Position numbers and translations under genes: made by a program
The notes under the pieces: model-generated
Databases searched by the model: none
Told to the model about the DNA's origin: nothing
Seen by the model: only the letters and a program-made list of their open reading frames with translations
Part shown: piece by piece, positions 51,582 through 62,076 of the stretch
Layout of the letters: each line of letters begins with the position of its first letter
Position numbering within the stretch: the stretch's first letter is position 1
Origin: an uncultured Veillonellaceae bacterium
GTDB lineage: Bacteria; Bacillota; Negativicutes; JARBTT01
Length of the DNA: 64,000 nucleotides
Reading direction: 5' to 3'
Assembly (NCBI GenBank): GCA_963805085.1
Contig: CAWDTA010000003.1
Span: forward strand, 64,001 to 128,000

Positions 51582-51926
51582 TTAGAATATCCAATGACAC
51601 TTAAAGCACTCATGTTGATCTTTAAAATGATGCCCACATTTTAAGCACATATGACAATCCCATTCACATCTACAACCACACTTCGGACAAATGCGGTCAC
51701 ATTCAAAATGGCATTTTGGACAACAATGTTTTTTATGATCATGGTTGCAGCAATCTTCTTTATGATCATGGTTGCAACAATCTTCTTTATGATTATGGTC
51801 GCAGCAATCTTCTTTATGATTATGGTCGCAGCAATCTTCTTTATGATCATGGTTGCAGCAATCTTCTTTATGATCATGGTTGCAGCAACCTTTTTTAGGG
51901 TTATGATCGCAATAAAAATCTGACAT
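51582..51926 (-). CDS. Cys/His-rich repeat protein (spore coat or metallothionein-like)
   Basis: AGGAGG RBS; six CC(N/D)H(D/N)HK(ED/KH) units followed by a CxxC-rich tail. Confidence 0.8.
   Translation of the reverse strand: MSDFYCDHNPKKGCCNHDHKEDCCNHDHKEDCCDHNHKEDCCDHNHKEDCCNHDHKEDCCNHDHKKHCCPKCHFECDRICPKCGCRCEWDCHMCLKCGHHFKDQHECFKCHWIF
51726..51887. repeat. 27-bp tandem repeat x6 (coding VNTR)
   Basis: Unit approximately ATCTTCTTTATGAT(C/T)ATGGT(T/C)GCAGCA. Confidence 0.92.
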
Positions 51927-51961
51927 TTAAGATCCTCCTAAGATTTATTTACTTACATTCT

Positions 51962-51991
51962 TAGGTTATGTTTCTTAGCCAATTATTGTGC
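51962..51991 (-). promoter_or_regulatory. SigK-type promoter
   Basis: GCACA-N16-CATAACCTA on the minus strand; a similar site GAACA-N15-CATATAATG at 51383-51411. Confidence 0.7.
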
Positions 51992-52060
51992 TTGAATTAT
52001 TGAAAATAGCAGGTAGGAGAATGTAAGGAGAGTTCTTTATATCATATTTATATTACAAAG

Positions 52061-52282
52061 TTATGTAAAGTTTCTTTCTAGTATCATTATTTTATTTTCA
52101 TTTTTATAAAATGTTAATATTCCATTTATAATTTTCTTAGCTTGCTCAGGACTCTTACAACGGTATTTATATGAATTCCTAGAGCTTGATGCTGCTTTAA
52201 AATATATCGCGGAACCATGTACATAAAATGTTTTAAAGTGATCTAAATTGATTACTTTACCGTTAGGAAATTTAATAAGCAT
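52061..52282 (-). CDS. Small basic hypothetical protein
   Basis: 73-aa ORF with strong AAGGAGG RBS. Confidence 0.65.
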   Translation of the reverse strand: MLIKFPNGKVINLDHFKTFYVHGSAIYFKAASSSRNSYKYRCKSPEQAKKIINGILTFYKNENKIMILERNFT

Positions 52283-52426
52283 GGAAAATTAACCTCCTTA
52301 CGGAATGGAATCTCCGAATATTTTACATTGTAATTATATTAACATAAATGACATAAAGTTCATATAATTATAATGTGGATACTAGATAGTATCTATATTA
52401 TTAAATATAGTTGAGGTGTTATTATT

Positions 52427-53107
52427 ATGACTGAAGGTGAATGTGCTAAAGAAAATTGTTTTATTATATGTAAGGATAAATCTGTAACAAACGAATGTAT
52501 AAGAGTCAATAAAATTTATGACTGGGTTATGCTAAATACTGATGAAATAAAACAAGTGGCTATTCCTACAGCAGATCTTGCAACCTTACAGGCACTTGTT
52601 GATGCAGGTCATCTTTTGGAAGTTGTAGGTACGATAACTGTCGCCGATATAACCACAAGAATTGTAAGCGTGGTTAGAAAAAATATTATTATTCATTGTA
52701 AAAAAACTGAAATTGGTTGTGCACAAATTCTTAAGACAGTCCCTCTTACAATAGAAGTTTACGATCTGACCACGGGTTCTACAACTCCTGTTGTCATTTT
52801 TTCAGTAACTTTTCAAGTATTAGAAAGAGTAGGACTATGTTTCCCCGAGGAATTCACTGTTGATAATATTACAATTCATGTTCGTAGTGCAGACGCCATT
52901 TCATTGAGCAATACTCCGGTTAATGGAAATTTTATTTTTGAAATTTCTATTTGTCAAGACGTACAAGTAGAAACAGAAGTAAAATTAGAAGTGCAAGGCA
53001 AATTCTGTGAGCCTAGAAAGAATAATCTTGATTGCGGAATTAATGGGTGTATTTGTCAAAAACCTACATTTCCAAAACAATGTCCTGATATTTTCCCTGT
53101 TGAGTAA
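52427..53107 (+). CDS. Cys-rich putative morphogenetic spore coat protein
   Basis: ECIRVNKIYDWV, ICQDVQVETEVKLEV...FCEPR, FPKQCP, resembling Bacillus BMQ_0737-type coat proteins. Confidence 0.72.
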   Translation: MTEGECAKENCFIICKDKSVTNECIRVNKIYDWVMLNTDEIKQVAIPTADLATLQALVDAGHLLEVVGTITVADITTRIVSVVRKNIIIHCKKTEIGCAQILKTVPLTIEVYDLTTGSTTPVVIFSVTFQVLERVGLCFPEEFTVDNITIHVRSADAISLSNTPVNGNFIFEISICQDVQVETEVKLEVQGKFCEPRKNNLDCGINGCICQKPTFPKQCPDIFPVE

Positions 53108-53199
53108 AAAAGTGGAGAGTATAAGAAGCTCTCCACTTTCTTTATTATAGAGAAAATATGGTTGTTATATATCCATACAAAAGGCAAGGGGGCAATTGA

Positions 53200-53673
53200 A
53201 TGATTATATTACTAGTATTTGCACTTGCATCAGTTTTTGTATATGTTTTTATAAAAGAAGGCCTAAATCATAAAATATATGATTGGAACGTTAAAAATAT
53301 GTTAATGCTACTTTCTATTGCTTGTATTATAAGTACAATATGGACCTTTCTACCTGAAATTCAATTGGGCATCATTATCTTAGCTTCATCTGGCTTAAGT
53401 TATCTGATCATCTGTCATATGATGAATAGAAAAAGTAATGCAGAAAACCCGCAACGGATATATGTAAATCAAGAACAAGGAAATTCACAAATAATGGATT
53501 CTAAAGAAGGTAGCATAGGAAAGCAGCAGCTAGAAAAACATTGTCAGATCATACGTCAAAATAAAAATTATACAAAAGAAGAATTTGTACGTGAAGTAAA
53601 TAATCAAAATATTGCCATCAGTACATCTTTGTTAGAAAGGTTGAATGATAAAGATAGCAACAGTAGCATTTAA
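53200..53673 (+). CDS. Hypothetical membrane protein
   Basis: Three hydrophobic segments plus a polar tail; AGGGGG RBS. Confidence 0.6.
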   Translation: MIILLVFALASVFVYVFIKEGLNHKIYDWNVKNMLMLLSIACIISTIWTFLPEIQLGIIILASSGLSYLIICHMMNRKSNAENPQRIYVNQEQGNSQIMDSKEGSIGKQQLEKHCQIIRQNKNYTKEEFVREVNNQNIAISTSLLERLNDKDSNSSI

Positions 53674-54043
53674 TAAAGTGTGTCCACGATGATGATATTG
53701 CTTTAAAGCGATTAGTTATTTAAATAATAGGACTTATATCTATGGGATTACCGCCATTAAAACCAAATGACTGCAAGATATGAATTAAGATATCTTGCAG
53801 TCATTTGGTTACTAATATTACCTCACTACATTTCTATTATAAGAGATGGCAATAGAAATGAAATGATCTATCAGATCAAAAAGGAAAAAACAGTTTTATT
53901 TCTGTAGCAATTTAGCAGGGGTTTTGTCACTTTACGGAGAATTTAGAAATTAATTTACAAATTTTATAAGTCAACTGTATCTGTAGATCGTGAGGATTTG
54001 ATTGCTTAAAATAATAAAAAGCATCTTTGGAGGTTAATAATGA

Positions 54044-54817
54044 ATGAGTAAATTTGTAGTGCCATCTTATAAAAGTGATAATTTTCATTGCCCAATTTGT
54101 GGGGTTTATTCGCATCAGAACTGGCGAGAGTTATACGTTGGCTCGGGGTATGCTGATGATAATTTGCCTTTTCAATGGCGAACGAATCTCAGCTATCGAC
54201 CTTATCCATTAACTGTTTCTTACTGTGAGCATTGTAAATGTTTTTCGCTTTGGGCTGGGGATAAATTGATCATTCCGTCGGCATCTACGTTGCCTCATCC
54301 ACATGTAGAGACACCAACTAAAGTATCAAAAACCTACTTGGAAGCGATGAATGTATATCCTTCTTCAGTGAGAGCTGCTGAGGCATTAATTCGGATTGCA
54401 TTACAAGAATTGGTTACTGAATTGGGTGACCAAGGTAATAACATTACGGAAGATGTTGCTCGATTTGTCGAAGATGGATTACCGGCACAACTTCAGCAGG
54501 CGTTAGAATATCTTGGTGTAATAGGTGATTGTCCCGTGGAGCCGGAGGTTATTCATACGGAAGATAACCGGGATGAAACAATCGCGTTATTTGAAATTTT
54601 TAATTTAATAGTGGAATACATGATTACCAAGAAAAAACAGATGAAAACCTTATATAACAAGTTACCAAAAAAAGAATTGCTGAGTAAGGAACTGCCAGAA
54701 CAAGATCTTTTTCAAGCGGAAGAGTTAGGCGATGAAGAATTAACAATTGCTGTAAGCAACGAAAAAATAGAAATTGAGAGCAATAAACAAGTTGGAACAG
54801 TTGATCAGTTAGTATAA
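54044..54817 (+). CDS. DUF4145-domain protein with an N-terminal Zn ribbon
   Basis: FHCPICGVYSHQNW, CEHC, YLEA, RAAEALIRIALQEL, LGVIGD; acidic tail. Confidence 0.78.
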   Translation: MSKFVVPSYKSDNFHCPICGVYSHQNWRELYVGSGYADDNLPFQWRTNLSYRPYPLTVSYCEHCKCFSLWAGDKLIIPSASTLPHPHVETPTKVSKTYLEAMNVYPSSVRAAEALIRIALQELVTELGDQGNNITEDVARFVEDGLPAQLQQALEYLGVIGDCPVEPEVIHTEDNRDETIALFEIFNLIVEYMITKKKQMKTLYNKLPKKELLSKELPEQDLFQAEELGDEELTIAVSNEKIEIESNKQVGTVDQLV

Positions 54818-54895
54818 TAATTGATTTTCTAGAATATACAATAAATAAGCCTATTATTTTGAAAACTTAGTAGTTCAAAATAATAGGCTTATTGT

Positions 54896-55303
54896 TTACG
54901 ATTTCAGCTTTGCTTGTGCTTTTTGAAGAAACTTATCGGCAGAAACGATAAATCGTTCATGTGTACCTTCGCCAATTTTTTCTTTTTCGTCAAAAGCAGT
55001 AACGTTAAAAAGCAGCTTATTTCCATTAATTTCAATCAATTCACTGACAGCGCGTACTTTCATCCCAAGCGGTGTTGCTGCTAAATGTTGAATGGCTAAG
55101 CTGATACCAACGGTGCTCATACCTTCTGCTAATTCATTCTCAACGCTTGCTGCGGCAGCTCCTTCCATCAAAGCTACCATTGCGGGTGTTGCATATACAG
55201 GCAAGTTGCCACTGCCATAGTGAATAGCGGTATTTGTTTCAATGACGAATTCCATTTTTTCATTCTTGATACCAATTTTAAAAGTTGAATCCAATCGTAT
55301 CAC
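54896..55303 (-). CDS. FlK-like thioesterase
   Basis: GSG-LPVYATPAMVALME, STVG, HLAATPLG, GEGTHERF. Confidence 0.9.
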   Translation of the reverse strand: MIRLDSTFKIGIKNEKMEFVIETNTAIHYGSGNLPVYATPAMVALMEGAAAASVENELAEGMSTVGISLAIQHLAATPLGMKVRAVSELIEINGNKLLFNVTAFDEKEKIGEGTHERFIVSADKFLQKAQAKLKS

Positions 55304-55565
55304 CTCAAATAAATTTGTTTTTCTTGCTTTAGTATTTATATAAAATTTTTTATTGTATACTTATTGTAGACTATTTTGTGGTATTTACCAAGGAGTATCA
55401 TTCTGAACGGCTAAAATTCAAAAGTGTAGTAACTTAGTTCCGCTATTGGTTTATATTCCTAAATTTAAATTGCTAGAAAAGTAAAACACGACTATAATAG
55501 TTATGTTAAGTTTTGTTTATGAAACCCTAGCTAATCACAAACATGATGAAGGAGAGGTTTTTTAA

Positions 55566-56441
55566 TTGTATACTTTAGAAAATGAAACAATAAAAATTAC
55601 AGTTAGTGAGCATGGGGCGGAGCTTCACTCTATTACGGGGAAAAAAGAAGGTACAGAGTATCTATGGAATGGTGATGAAAAGTACTGGAAATATCATTCC
55701 CCCGTTTTATTCCCGATTGTTGGGAAACTTGTTGATTCAACCTATAGTGTTGATCAGAAAACTTATCAATTGCCAGCACATGGATTTGGTAGAATCTCTG
55801 AATTTCAAATGATTAATAAAGTGGAAGAGTCTATTACCTTAGAATTAGCATATTCAGAGGAAACTTTAAAGGTATATCCTTATCGCTTTTCTTTACAAAT
55901 TACATATGTGCTTGCAGAGAATTCGGTAAAGGTCATTTGGAAAGTCATTAATTTAGACGACAAAACAATTTTCTTTTCAATTGGAGCACATCCAGCGCTA
56001 ATGTGTCCAATTGATCAAAAAGATCGTTTAGAAGATTGCTATTTAGAATTCGATCAGCTAGAAACTGCTGAAATTATGAAGATTACGCCAGAATGTTACT
56101 TGAAGCGTCAGAAAAAATCATGTCTAGAACATACGAAAACATTGCCACTTTCGCAGGATACTTTTAAAAATGGTGTACTTATTTTTGATGAACTGAAATC
56201 GGATATGATTACGATAAAATCAAAAAATAATGCGAAAACCATCAGTGTCAAAGCGGAAGGCTTTCCTTATTGGGGAATCTGGGCACCAGAAGCTGGCGCA
56301 CCATTTTTATGTTTAGAACCTTGGTTCGGACATGCAGATTATGCTGACTTTAAGGGAGAATTTTCAGAAAAAGCTGGTAATAATTCATTGAAAATTGGTG
56401 ATAAGTTCAGTTGCTGTTATGAAATTAAAATTGGACAATAA
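55566..56441 (+). CDS. Aldose 1-epimerase family (LacX-like)
   Basis: HGAELHS, PVLFPIVG, HGF, GAHP, CLEPW. Confidence 0.9.
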   Translation: MYTLENETIKITVSEHGAELHSITGKKEGTEYLWNGDEKYWKYHSPVLFPIVGKLVDSTYSVDQKTYQLPAHGFGRISEFQMINKVEESITLELAYSEETLKVYPYRFSLQITYVLAENSVKVIWKVINLDDKTIFFSIGAHPALMCPIDQKDRLEDCYLEFDQLETAEIMKITPECYLKRQKKSCLEHTKTLPLSQDTFKNGVLIFDELKSDMITIKSKNNAKTISVKAEGFPYWGIWAPEAGAPFLCLEPWFGHADYADFKGEFSEKAGNNSLKIGDKFSCCYEIKIGQ

Positions 56442-56513
56442 ACAAAGAGCTGATTGCAAATTTGCAATCAGCTCTTTGTTTAGTAGTGATCCTTACCGTT
56501 CTTACGTATGAGA

Positions 56514-57464
56514 TTAGAGCTTATCAAGCATACTTTCTAACAGCAGTAGTTCTTCCATATCATTTAAGAATTGATATAAAATGCTTCTGTTTTCAAATTC
56601 TGCTCGATCTTGAGGAAGTGGCATCGTTGTAAAGCTTGTTCTTAAATTTCTAAGTTCAGTTAATTGGTTGTTAGTCATTGTATAGTCTGAAATAGAATGA
56701 GCTACTTTTGTGGAAAAATTAGCAATAATAATGGTTTGTTTATATGTAATTGATAAACGTTCAAAAATTTTTTTCATACTTAACAAACAGTTTAATTGTT
56801 GCTGGCGAATCTCCATATATTGTCTATGATTATTATTCGCTGTGAAAATTTTATTGTTATAGTTGATATGGGCGATATCGGAACCTTCTTTTAAGGTTAA
56901 TTTAAGTTGATTAAATAAGTTGTTTTCTTCAATCGAGCATGATTGATCACGCAGTGACTCAGACATGATTAAAAGTATAGAGCTGATCAAATTTTCAATG
57001 AACTGTTGTTTTTCTTTGAATTTATGTTCCAGATTAGGCATAAATAAATTTAGGATTAATGCAATTGTAACACCAATTGCTACTAAATACAGTTGATTTA
57101 GTAAAAATGAGAATTGAGTGTTTTGTTCAACTAATAAATGGGTAATCAATACAGCGCTATTAACAATACCCTCCTGCAATTTCAAACGTACTGTTAAAGG
57201 AATAAAAATCAATAGAAATAAACCAAAAATAAATGGAGTATAGCCAAGGAGTCTAAATAATATTACTGAAATAAATAGAGCTAATAAAAAAGCACCTATT
57301 ATTTTTATAGCAAGTTGAATGGACTGCTTTCGCGTGTTTTGTAAGCTAAGAATTGTGATAATGCCCGCCGATGTAGCATCATTTAGCTCAAGCGTGATTG
57401 CAATATACATTGCGACCGCAACACCAAATGCCGTTTTTAAAGTTCTATAGCCAATAAAGTTCAT
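56514..57464 (-). CDS. Aromatic acid exporter family protein (YqjA-like)
   Basis: IGYRTLKTA, SAGIITILS, LPQDRAEFENR. Confidence 0.85.
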   Translation of the reverse strand: MNFIGYRTLKTAFGVAVAMYIAITLELNDATSAGIITILSLQNTRKQSIQLAIKIIGAFLLALFISVILFRLLGYTPFIFGLFLLIFIPLTVRLKLQEGIVNSAVLITHLLVEQNTQFSFLLNQLYLVAIGVTIALILNLFMPNLEHKFKEKQQFIENLISSILLIMSESLRDQSCSIEENNLFNQLKLTLKEGSDIAHINYNNKIFTANNNHRQYMEIRQQQLNCLLSMKKIFERLSITYKQTIIIANFSTKVAHSISDYTMTNNQLTELRNLRTSFTTMPLPQDRAEFENRSILYQFLNDMEELLLLESMLDKL

Positions 57465-57818
57465 AATTTCCCTCCAATTATTGTATGAAATAAGTATAAG
57501 AGTTATTGTTATTATAAGATTAAATGTTCGAAATAGTCTAGTAAATAGTAAAGTAAAAAGCGTTTACAAGATAGATCAAATATGTTTTATAGCTGTTAAA
57601 TTTGACAGTGAAAAGCAAATAGAGTATTATTATTATGTAGTAAAGGCGTTCAAAGTAATTTGGGGGTCTTTTTGTTTTTTTAATTATTTTGTGTATATAA
57701 TATTCATCAAACAACTTTGAATAGTTGCATTAAAGTGGCTGGATGCTTGATATAATGAGAAATTCTTCAGATGAGCAGGTAAAAAAATGTGAAAGATTTG
57801 ATGAAAGAGGTTAGATAA

Positions 57819-59228
57819 ATGGATTTTTTTGGTTTAGCGCTTGGCTTTTGTAATGATATTTTATGGTCTTATGTTTTAATTATTATGTTAATTAGTGTGG
57901 GCGTGTATTTTTCTTTTCGGACCAAATTCGTGCAAATTCGTTTCATCCGTGAAATGTTCCGTTTGTTAGGCGAAGGTGTTGGTGTGAAAGCTAGCGAGAA
58001 TAAGGTTTCGTCCTTTCAAGCCTTTTGTATTAGCACGGCATCGCGTGTTGGTGTTGGTAATATTGCTGGCATTGCAATTGCAATTGTGACGGGAGGACCA
58101 GGTGCTATTTTATGGATGTGGATTCTTGCAATTTTAGGTTCTGCTACTGGTTTTGTTGAAAGTACATTAGCGCAGATTTATAAAATTCAAGATGCCAATG
58201 GTGGGTATCGCGGCGGACCTGCGTACTATATTAAAAATGCCTTGGGAAAACCGGGGATAGCGGCATTCTTTGCGATTTTAATTAGTATTACATTCGGTCT
58301 TATTTTTAATTCGGTGCAAGCTAATACGATCACCATCGCGTTGCAATCAGCATTCGGCCTCGAACGTATGACCACGGGAATCTTGATTACCATATTAACA
58401 GCGATGACTATTTTTGGTGGGGTAAAGAGAATCGCAACCGTGTCAGAATGGTTAGTGCCGATTATGGCAGGTGTATATATATTGGTAGCACTTTATATAA
58501 CCATTAGCAATATTGGTCTATTACCTAGCGCTTTTAAAAGTATCATTGCTAATGCATTTAGTCCCGATGCCGCAGTGGGAGGCGGACTTGGCGCCGCGAT
58601 GATGGCTGGTATCAAACGTGGACTATTCTCGAATGAAGCTGGTATGGGGTCCGTACCAAATGCGGCTGCAGCTGCTGAGGCTTCTCATCCAGTGAAACAA
58701 GGACTAATTCAAGCACTTGGCGTGTTTGTTGACACCTTAATGGTTTGTACATCTTCGGCATTTATTGTTCTATTGACAACGGATTATGCAGCGACAAATT
58801 TAACGGGAATCGAATTGGTACAAGCAGCGCTTACTACGCATTTAGGAGCAAGTGCACCAGCATTATTAGCAATTTTTGTGCTTATGTTTGCCTTTAGTTC
58901 TATCATAGGAAATTACTATTATGGTGAAAGTAATATTGGTTTCTTACATTCTAGTAAAACCTGGCTTACCATTTTCCGTATTACTGTTATTGCTATGGTG
59001 TTGTTTGGTTCAGTAGCAAAAGTATCTATCGTATGGGATATGGCCGATTTATTTATGGCATTGATGGCAATTACAAATTTAATTGCGATTGTGTTCCTAG
59101 CCAAATATGCATTAATTGCACTCAATGATTATGCTGACCAAAAACGTAGAGGGATTAAAGAACCTACTTTTGATCCAAGTATTTTACCAAGTCAACAAGG
59201 TATCCAAGTTTGGCAAAAAAGTAAATAA
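57819..59228 (+). CDS. Alanine/glycine:cation symporter (AGCS)
   Basis: RVGVGNIAG, GGPGA, RGGPAYY, RGLFSNEAGMGS. Confidence 0.94.
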   Translation: MDFFGLALGFCNDILWSYVLIIMLISVGVYFSFRTKFVQIRFIREMFRLLGEGVGVKASENKVSSFQAFCISTASRVGVGNIAGIAIAIVTGGPGAILWMWILAILGSATGFVESTLAQIYKIQDANGGYRGGPAYYIKNALGKPGIAAFFAILISITFGLIFNSVQANTITIALQSAFGLERMTTGILITILTAMTIFGGVKRIATVSEWLVPIMAGVYILVALYITISNIGLLPSAFKSIIANAFSPDAAVGGGLGAAMMAGIKRGLFSNEAGMGSVPNAAAAAEASHPVKQGLIQALGVFVDTLMVCTSSAFIVLLTTDYAATNLTGIELVQAALTTHLGASAPALLAIFVLMFAFSSIIGNYYYGESNIGFLHSSKTWLTIFRITVIAMVLFGSVAKVSIVWDMADLFMALMAITNLIAIVFLAKYALIALNDYADQKRRGIKEPTFDPSILPSQQGIQVWQKSK

Positions 59229-59301
59229 CATAAAAACAGCAAAACAGCTGTTTCAGTTCAAATAAAAAGGGTGTGAATAGAAATTTCTATTCACACCCTT
59301 T

Positions 59302-60294
59302 TTATTTGTGTAGTAACTTAAAACTTTCGCGTTCAATAATTCTTGGCGAAATGATTGTTTTTTGTGGTACTTCCTTGCCAGCTAGGATATCAATTAACTT
59401 ATTTACAGCCGTAGGACAAAGAATATCCAATCTATTATCCACACTGGTTAATTCTGGCGTAGTACACTTGGCTAAAATTGAATTATTAAAGCCGATTACC
59501 GGGATATTGAGCCCAGCTTTGATCGTGGCTTTTTGGATACCAACGGCTAGTAAATCTTCTGCCGCAATCGCTGCGGAAAACTCTATCCTACTTTGTAGCA
59601 GTTCCGTCGTTTTTTGCATCGCCGCTTCAGTGGTTTTGGAAATTCTGTGAAAAAGCTGACTGTCCTCGGGGAGTTTGTATTTTTTTAGCCCTTGTTTATA
59701 GCCTAAGAGCTTTTGTTGTCCACCAAACGTCAAGGCATCATAGAGGTATAAAATTTTATCGTAGCCTTGTTTGTGTAATAGTTCTACATTTTTCATAATC
59801 GCTTTTTTCTCATCACATAAGACACAATAAATATTTTGGTGATCCATTAAGCCATTGATGATGATGATAGGAATTTGTTTGGCGGTTTCTTCAATGTAAG
59901 TATGGTCTTCAAGTTCACTAAAAGGAGAACCAATTAAAATAATTGCATCTACGCGTTTCTCAAGGAGCAGTTGTAGATATTTTTTCTTATCTTCTAGTTC
60001 ATTACCAGTACAGGCTAATAAAACATCGAAGCCACGTGTTCTAAGATCACGTTCTACAAGTGAGACTGCTTTGGCGAAAAATGTATCAGAGACATCTGTA
60101 CATAAAATGCCAATCATTTTCATCGAATTTAGACCGAGCCCACGGGCAAATGCATTTGGTGTGTAATTTTGTTCGCGCATCATAGCAAGAACTTTATCTC
60201 TGGTTTTGTTACTTACTTTAGAACTGCCGTTTAATACTCTAGAAACAGTAGCAATAGAAACATTACAGCAGCGTGCAATATCGTAGATCGTCAT
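59302..60294 (-). CDS. LacI family regulator (probable hexuronate repressor)
   Basis: TIYDIA...VSIATVSRVLN; divergent from uxaB. Confidence 0.93.
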   Translation of the reverse strand: MTIYDIARCCNVSIATVSRVLNGSSKVSNKTRDKVLAMMREQNYTPNAFARGLGLNSMKMIGILCTDVSDTFFAKAVSLVERDLRTRGFDVLLACTGNELEDKKKYLQLLLEKRVDAIILIGSPFSELEDHTYIEETAKQIPIIIINGLMDHQNIYCVLCDEKKAIMKNVELLHKQGYDKILYLYDALTFGGQQKLLGYKQGLKKYKLPEDSQLFHRISKTTEAAMQKTTELLQSRIEFSAAIAAEDLLAVGIQKATIKAGLNIPVIGFNNSILAKCTTPELTSVDNRLDILCPTAVNKLIDILAGKEVPQKTIISPRIIERESFKLLHK

Positions 60295-60508
60295 TCATTT
60301 CACCTCGTGGTATAGTACCGTACGTCACCTAAAAGCATGGATAAACTTGTGGGATTTTATTTAATGTTTTAAATGATGTACGGTACTAATTTATATCATA
60401 AGTATAACGGAATTTTTCCTAAAATCAATAAATTTTAAAGAAAATTTATTGATAATTATTAAAATTGTCGCTAAATTGTAAATATTTCATAAATTCGTAA
60501 TGTTTATA

Positions 60509-60558
60509 TTGACATACATTAAATTAATGATAAAATAAAAAATGTAAGCACTTACATT
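60509..60558 (+). promoter_or_regulatory. sigmaA promoter and LacI-type operator of the uxa operon
   Basis: TTGACA-N16-TAAAAT with TG extension, then the palindrome AATGTAAGCACTTACATT (60541-60558). Confidence 0.78.
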
Positions 60559-60604
60559 GTAAAAAACATACTATACTTTTCGGGCAAAGGAGAGTTTTGA
60601 TTAG

Positions 60605-62074
60605 ATGAAAAAAATTAATGAAATCTATAGTAGATCTGAAAAACCAATTAAAATCATTCAGTTTGGTGAAGGAAATTTTTTAAGAGGGTTCATAGACTAT
60701 GCAGTTGATGTTGCCAATGAAAAAGGTACTTTCCATGGTGATGTCGCAATTGTAAAACCTAGGCAGGGAAATTTAGAAAAGTTTCATTGCCAAGATAATC
60801 TCTATACTGTTTCCTTACGCGGCATAAAAGATGGTAGCATTTATGAAGAAAATCGCGTGATAACTTGTCTGCAAAAAGCTTTAGCAGCATATGAACAGTA
60901 TGACGAATTTATAGCATTAGCCCGTCTGCCAGAGTTAGAATTTGTTGTTTCTAATACGACAGAGGCGGGGATTGTCTATGATGAAACAGATGTACTTACT
61001 TTACAACCGCCCAACACTTATCCTGGTAAATTGACGAAGTTTTTATATGAAAGATTTGTAGCGTTTCAAGGCGCTCCGACTAAAGGATTGACGATGTTAC
61101 CAATAGAACTCATCGAAGCAAATGGCGAAAAGTTACAACAGTGTATATTGAACTATAGTTCCTTGTGGAAACTTGACGATGCTTTTAAAGCTTGGATTTT
61201 AGAGCATAATATTTTTTGCAATTCATTGGTAGACCGGATTGTTACTGGCTATCCAAAAGGCGAGGCAAAAGATTTGGAAGAAAAACTGGGATATCAAGAT
61301 GATTTGCTAACCGCTGGTGAGCCTTTTGGTTTATGGGTCATTGAATCAAAAGTGGATATTTCAAAACGGTTACCACTTTCCACAGATACACTTTCAGTTG
61401 TATTTACACAGGATTTGAAACCTTATCGTGATCGTAAGGTTCGCATATTAAATGGTGCGCATACTTCTATGGTATTGGCAGCTTATTTAGCAGGAAAAGA
61501 CTATGTACTGGAATGTATGAAAGATCCAGTCATTAGAAAATATATGGAACAAATCGTACTCAATGAAATTGTACCAACAGTGAAACTTCCGCATGAAGAA
61601 GCTGTCGCTTTTGCGAAATCTGTATTTGAACGGTTTGAAAATCCATTTGTGAAACATGCGCTACTTTCTATTTCCTTAAATTCAGTATCTAAGTGGAAGG
61701 CAAGGGTTTTGCCGATCTTACGAGATAGTTATCACAATGAAAAAGTAATCCCAAAATTAATCGCATTTTCTTTTGCCGCACTGATCAGTTTCTATTCGGC
61801 GAAGGAATATAAAGCGGGCAGTTTAACTGGATATCGTAATGTGGAGCCATATCAAATTTCCGATGACGAAAAAGTTTTGCAATTTTTTGCAAAACATAGT
61901 GATAAATCAGCAGCTGAATTAAGCCTTCTGGTTGCAGCAAATAGTGATTTCTGGGGTGAGGATTTGACGAGCTATGTTGGATTCGTCGATATGATAGAAC
62001 TACACTTAGAAAATATTAAAAAAATTGGTATGTATCAAACCATACAAGAACTTATTGGGATAGAAAAGGTGTAA
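60605..62074 (+). CDS. uxaB: Tagaturonate reductase (altronate oxidoreductase)
   Basis: QFGEGNFLRGF, SNTTEAGI, LVDRIVTG, KVRILNGAHT, RFENPF. Confidence 0.95.
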   Translation: MKKINEIYSRSEKPIKIIQFGEGNFLRGFIDYAVDVANEKGTFHGDVAIVKPRQGNLEKFHCQDNLYTVSLRGIKDGSIYEENRVITCLQKALAAYEQYDEFIALARLPELEFVVSNTTEAGIVYDETDVLTLQPPNTYPGKLTKFLYERFVAFQGAPTKGLTMLPIELIEANGEKLQQCILNYSSLWKLDDAFKAWILEHNIFCNSLVDRIVTGYPKGEAKDLEEKLGYQDDLLTAGEPFGLWVIESKVDISKRLPLSTDTLSVVFTQDLKPYRDRKVRILNGAHTSMVLAAYLAGKDYVLECMKDPVIRKYMEQIVLNEIVPTVKLPHEEAVAFAKSVFERFENPFVKHALLSISLNSVSKWKARVLPILRDSYHNEKVIPKLIAFSFAALISFYSAKEYKAGSLTGYRNVEPYQISDDEKVLQFFAKHSDKSAAELSLLVAANSDFWGEDLTSYVGFVDMIELHLENIKKIGMYQTIQELIGIEKV

Positions 62075-62076
62075 CT

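Noticed and set aside
51641-51923. Alternative-frame repeat ORFs, and the 27-bp array as a possible CRISPR
   Set aside because: Units are contiguous with no spacers and no cas genes; only the Cys/His frame has an RBS and promoter.
53761-53810. Long palindrome AACCAAATGACTGCAAGATAT...ATATCTTGCAGTCATTTGGTT
   Set aside because: Similar to the many long AT-rich terminator hairpins here; no second copy in the window.
57720-57818. Glycine riboswitch expected before an AGCS gene
   Set aside because: No GGAGA/GCCGAAG/CTCTCAGG core, and the leader after TATAAT is too short.
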